Assembly: GCF_009914755.1 (NCBI RefSeq)
Contig: NC_060939.1
DNA length: 64,000 nt
From: the human T2T-CHM13v2.0 reference genome, Homo sapiens
Strand: one strand, 5' to 3'
Part shown: positions 59,731 through 64,000 of the stretch, piece after piece
Position numbering within the stretch: the first letter of the stretch is position 1
Layout of the letters: every line of letters starts with the position of its first letter
Made by a program: the position numbers and the translations under genes
The notes under the pieces: generated by a model
Told to the model about the DNA's origin: nothing
Seen by the model: only the letters and a program-made list of their open reading frames with translations
Databases searched by the model: none

Positions 59731-61209
59731 AATAACTGTAAGAATCACTTGGGCTGGGGGCAGTTCACCACACTCAACCAAGAACATCACAGATTAGATG
59801 AGGATAACAGTTTTGACTTGGCTTCCCCTATTTGATCACACAGGCCAGCATGGAAGGTGTAGCACAGCATGGCAATGCTGTTGAACCATAATGCCCTTAC
59901 CCCAGGGGGAGTTGGAGGGGTTTCACATTTTTTTTTCTCTGCATGCATGCAAAACACAGAGGGATGCAGAAGACAGACTTATTGCAAAGGTCAGGCAATA
60001 TGCCTTCCCGTTTTCCTTACTGTAAGTCAAGTCCATCAGTTGGCATCATGATTAAAATAACTAAATGCCAGAGCTAAATTTGAGAAATGATGTGAGCTGG
60101 AAAGAAAACTGGAACCCTAAGAAGAAAAGGATCACTTTTGAAAACACTTATCTTCAGATTATTTTAAATGACCTCCTCTTTGAGTCTTGCTTGAAAAACC
60201 TGCCTCCCTTTGCATTTCGCCTTGAAGCATTTTGCCATATGATGGATGGAGTATGCCATATAAAAATGAATTATATGGTATTTCCTCCTATTATCTATGA
60301 TTCCTTGATCTTCCAGAAGAGTTTTTAATAAACATTTGAATTATTTACAGTGATCTACAAAGGCATTTTAATAGTGCATACGGTAGAGGGAAGAGAGTGA
60401 AAAATGTCTTTGTTTCACTCTGACGGGTCCGATGAACCATGACACAAATGATTGCTTGCCTCGTTTGTAATTATTCATGGTAAAGATCATCATTCAGTGG
60501 CAGAAATATTCTTGCTCTGGGTCTTAGCAATCATGAGAGCATAAGCATTATTTGCCACAATCTCACCAGAGGACAAACTGTACTGTACACAAAGTTAGGG
60601 GAATGGACTTTGGAGAAACAAATGCAGATGCCGCCAACAGTTACTGCCTGTTAAGTTACTTTTAGCCAGTCTCAGAGAGATAAGCATTTAGATTTTGCTT
60701 TTTCCAGCCCATAGAGAGACCATGGTGTGGCCACTCTGATAGCATTGTTTATATTTATCTTTGATTATATTGAAACAAATTCATTCAGCTGCTCTTAGCC
60801 ATATTACATACTTTGTGTGTGCAAATGGAACCAAGTGCAGTTTAAGTCAATGCAGATTGACTGATCAAACCAGGTGCTTTTATTGCAAACTCAGACTAGA
60901 CAGTGACATGTCAATATATTTCAGTCTTGGCTAATATCTATGGTCCTATTTACTTTATTCTCCAACTAGCTTCCATTCTGCTCCATCTACTTTCTGTTTT
61001 GTTTGTTTTGTATCTTCTGTTCTCAGGTCTGTGTCTTTACTCTGGAGATTTCTTTTTAATGGATCGTTTTCCTTTTTATAATTAGATTTTCTGTTTTCTA
61101 AGAATTTGGAGAATCTCCCTTCTAGATTCTTCTTTTAAAGACCGTAGCTTCAGCCTCTTAGGAGCAAATGGCCAGCAACAGCCCTAGGAGAGGCAATTCA
61201 AGAAGACAA

Positions 61210-61645
61210 ATCATCAACCTAGGTGCCCATCAAGAGTGGACTGGATAAGGAAAATGTACATATACACCACAGAATTCTACAAAGCCATAAAAAAGAACAA
61301 AATAATTTCCTATACAGTAACATGGATACTGCTGGAGGCTATTAACCTAAGGAAATTAATGCAATAACAGAAAATCAAATACTATATCTTCTTACTTATA
61401 AGTGAGAGCTAAACAATGAATACACATAGACACAAAGACAGGAACAAGACACTGGGGACTACTAGATGCAGGAGGGAGAGAGGAGGCATTGGCTGAAAAA
61501 CTACCTACTGAGTACCATGCTCACCACCTGGGTGACGAGACTATCCATTTCCCAGTCCCCAGAGTCAGGCAATGTACCCATGTAACAACCCTGCACATGT
61601 ACCCCCCGAATCCAAAATTTAAAAAAAATAAGAAAGAAAAAAATA
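61210..61645 (+). mobile_element. L1PA16/17-like 3' end
   Basis: ATCAACCTAGGTGCCCATCA..AAAAACTACCTA..CTCACCACCTGGGTGAC..CCTGCACATGTACCCCC plus an A-rich tail. Confidence 0.88.
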
Positions 61646-61699
61646 AGCCACCAAGAGTGTAGTGGGGGATAAAAGGCAGATAAATCAATGGAGCTCTAC

Positions 61700-61862
61700 T
61701 GTGAAGTACTTTAGAACACTTGAGATCTTTAAGCAAATCAGGGACAAGCTTCCCACCCAAACTAACAGAATTAGATTTTCTAGGGCTGAAGTCTGGGCCT
61801 TGGTATTTCTTCAAGTTTCAGGAAGATTTTAATATTCTATTGGGGCTGAAAATCACAGATCT
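61700..61862. mobile_element. MER5-like fragment
   Basis: AACAGAATTAGATTTTCTAGGG..GGGCCTTGGTATTT..GGGCTGAAAATCAC. Confidence 0.45.
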
Positions 61863-63904
61863 AGACAATCTGGGGTATCACCTCTGATTAGCAAAGAAGA
61901 TGTTAGCCAGCTGCAGTTGATCCATGTCTAACCAGACTGAATGACCAGAAAATCGACATTCAGTCAAAAATTATCGATCAAGTACTGCCCATGCATCAAG
62001 TCTTCCCAGAAGCCAGTACTGACCCTGGTACAGTTAAATTATGTGGACCAATAGGTCTTCTTTTTGCTTAAGCCAGCTTGATTGGGAGTTCTGCCACCTA
62101 GGACATCTCCTTGATGTTAAGGGCAATAAGGGAATGTGTGGATGTGAGATGTGTGTGTGAGAGGGAGTGAGTGTATGTGTGACAGTGAATGTGGATGTGA
62201 GGTCGTATGTGCACCAGAAAGATCATCTAAATAAAGAAAACACTATCACACCATCCAGATAAAAAGGCATTGAAACTATTGTCTATTTAAGGTGTTTTAA
62301 TATATGATAATGAAGTCTTCCATCAAGTTGCCATAATTTTGTGACCAAGTTAATAAAGTGTCGGTGTTATCATCATGTGGATAATATATATGTATGGTGC
62401 AGAGTGCGGAAGCAAGGAGAGAGAAAAAGAAAGATTGGGGTATAGGTGAGGACGATATACAATGAAGCTTTTTTGCCACAAATTTTATTCTCTCAGAAGA
62501 CTTTTTATTTCAAACAGATATTACAATATAAAAGCCTGTTGTGATGGGCTAAAGCATTTGAAATAAACACTGCACAACATTCAAATGTGCTGTTAGAGGT
62601 TTCCACTAGAGAGGAACAGAGGGGGTGTTAAAAAAAACCTTACCTGAGGAATTGCAGCCCCGAGCATGGGCATACAAAATGACGATTTGTGTTTAAGTGG
62701 TGCTGAAAAGCCAAATGTACAGGAACAGATTAGTACTTTATCAATTGCAAAGTTAGACACAAACACACAGTGAAAGGACTACATGAAAACCAGGATGAGA
62801 ATTCAGAGGACTTGGGTTGCCATCCAAACTTGGGTTTTTGGATGCCTTTAGCTTAAATTGGCGATGTTGCCTCATATCCTTTACAATTACAGAATGGAAT
62901 TAGAAAAGAATCATGGGATCTTTATTAATACATTTAGGCTGCTTTATGATTTCATCAGTGTTTTAAATTTTCCTTTATAATTAATGTGTGTTTTCAATGA
63001 GGAAAAGTGTTTACTTATTTATTTTACTAATCTACCTCCTACTGCACACAGTACCCCATGTACTTTCTATATATTTTCAAGTAAAATAGCATGCCATGTC
63101 TTACTGGAACAGCATGAGTAAAAGCACATGAATATAAAGAAATAAAATTCATTTTACTGGGTAAAAATAATCATTCAGAACCTTACTATATGCAAAGCAC
63201 TGGACTAGGAATAAAACATGAGACATGGAGTATAACCATTCCATCAAAAAGACTTACGCGACACCTATTGTATTCTAGCCTTTCTGTTGCACGCTATATA
63301 CATGATTTAATCTTTATAACAAACCAATGAGGATGGTACATTACTCATTACAGACAGATAAGAAAAATCGAAGCATTATTTTTCAGACTATAAAACCCAT
63401 GTGTTTTCAATTATGTTAAATTTTGATGAGCACCTAAGATGTGCTAAGTACATTATACATGCTCTCTCAATTATGTGAAATTCACTGAGGATTCCAATTT
63501 TACTGATGAAGGAAGTAAGACTCAAATAGAATAAATAACTCTGCAGTCACAGAACAGCAATTTATTTACTTATTTACTTTTTACATATGATTATTTATTT
63601 ATCCATTTATTATGAATCTTTACCTTGCTTTTAAGGCTGAAAACTAAGTTCATCTGTTGGCATTCCTTTTTAAGGTATTTGACAAATTTTGGAAGTGTTT
63701 TGACACCTCCAAAGAGCAACAGACTATATCATGTAGCTTAGGTAATTGAAGATAATATTAATAGAGAAGGATATGCTATCTAAAAACATATCTAGTATGA
63801 AATAAAACAAAATTTCTGAGTTTTGAAGTTTTCTAAGTATAATAATTACAAATAACTATCATAGTAATATTAATATCATCAATTTGATCTTAAGTGCCTT
63901 TTAA

Positions 63905-64000
63905 AAAATAAATCCAACTTTTATTTTAGATGCAGGGGATACATGTGCATGTTTGTTACCTGGGTATACTGTGTGATACGGAAGTCTGAGGTATTGGGCG
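63905..64000 (-). mobile_element. L1PA16-like 3' end running off the window edge
   Basis: CAACTTTTATTTTAGATGCAGGGGATACATGTGCATGTTTGTTACCTGGGTATA. Confidence 0.85.

Overview
Primate (human/ape-like) genomic DNA that looks intergenic or deep-intronic. I recognise no host protein-coding gene, RNA gene or CRISPR array. Much of the window is transposable-element derived: eleven Alus, several with readable target-site duplications (TSDs); one full-length but dead L1PA4-like LINE on the minus strand (about 44.4-50.5 kb); older L1M/L1MA/L1PA16/HAL1-like pieces; MaLR and ERVL solo LTRs; DNA transposons (MER5, MER45, Tigger13a); and MIR/L2 relics. The ORFs I can assign are Alu/L1/LTR-derived and the rest look like chance ORFs. 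I found no convincing new biological system. The most notable observations are local and mechanistic. (1) A 63-bp templated insertion inside an old L1, with a fold-back junction and a 13-bp flanking duplication, copied from about 880 bp away. (2) An MLT1C piece that looks like a retroposed, polyadenylated LTR transcript. (3) An L1MA>Alu>L1PA4 nest whose Alu TSDs lie 6.4 kb apart. (4) An Alu with a duplicated B-box segment. (5) A 69-bp L2-tail triplication. There are also some speculative exon and enhancer candidates. Repeat subfamily names come from remembered consensus sequences, not from a search, and boundaries of old elements are approximate.
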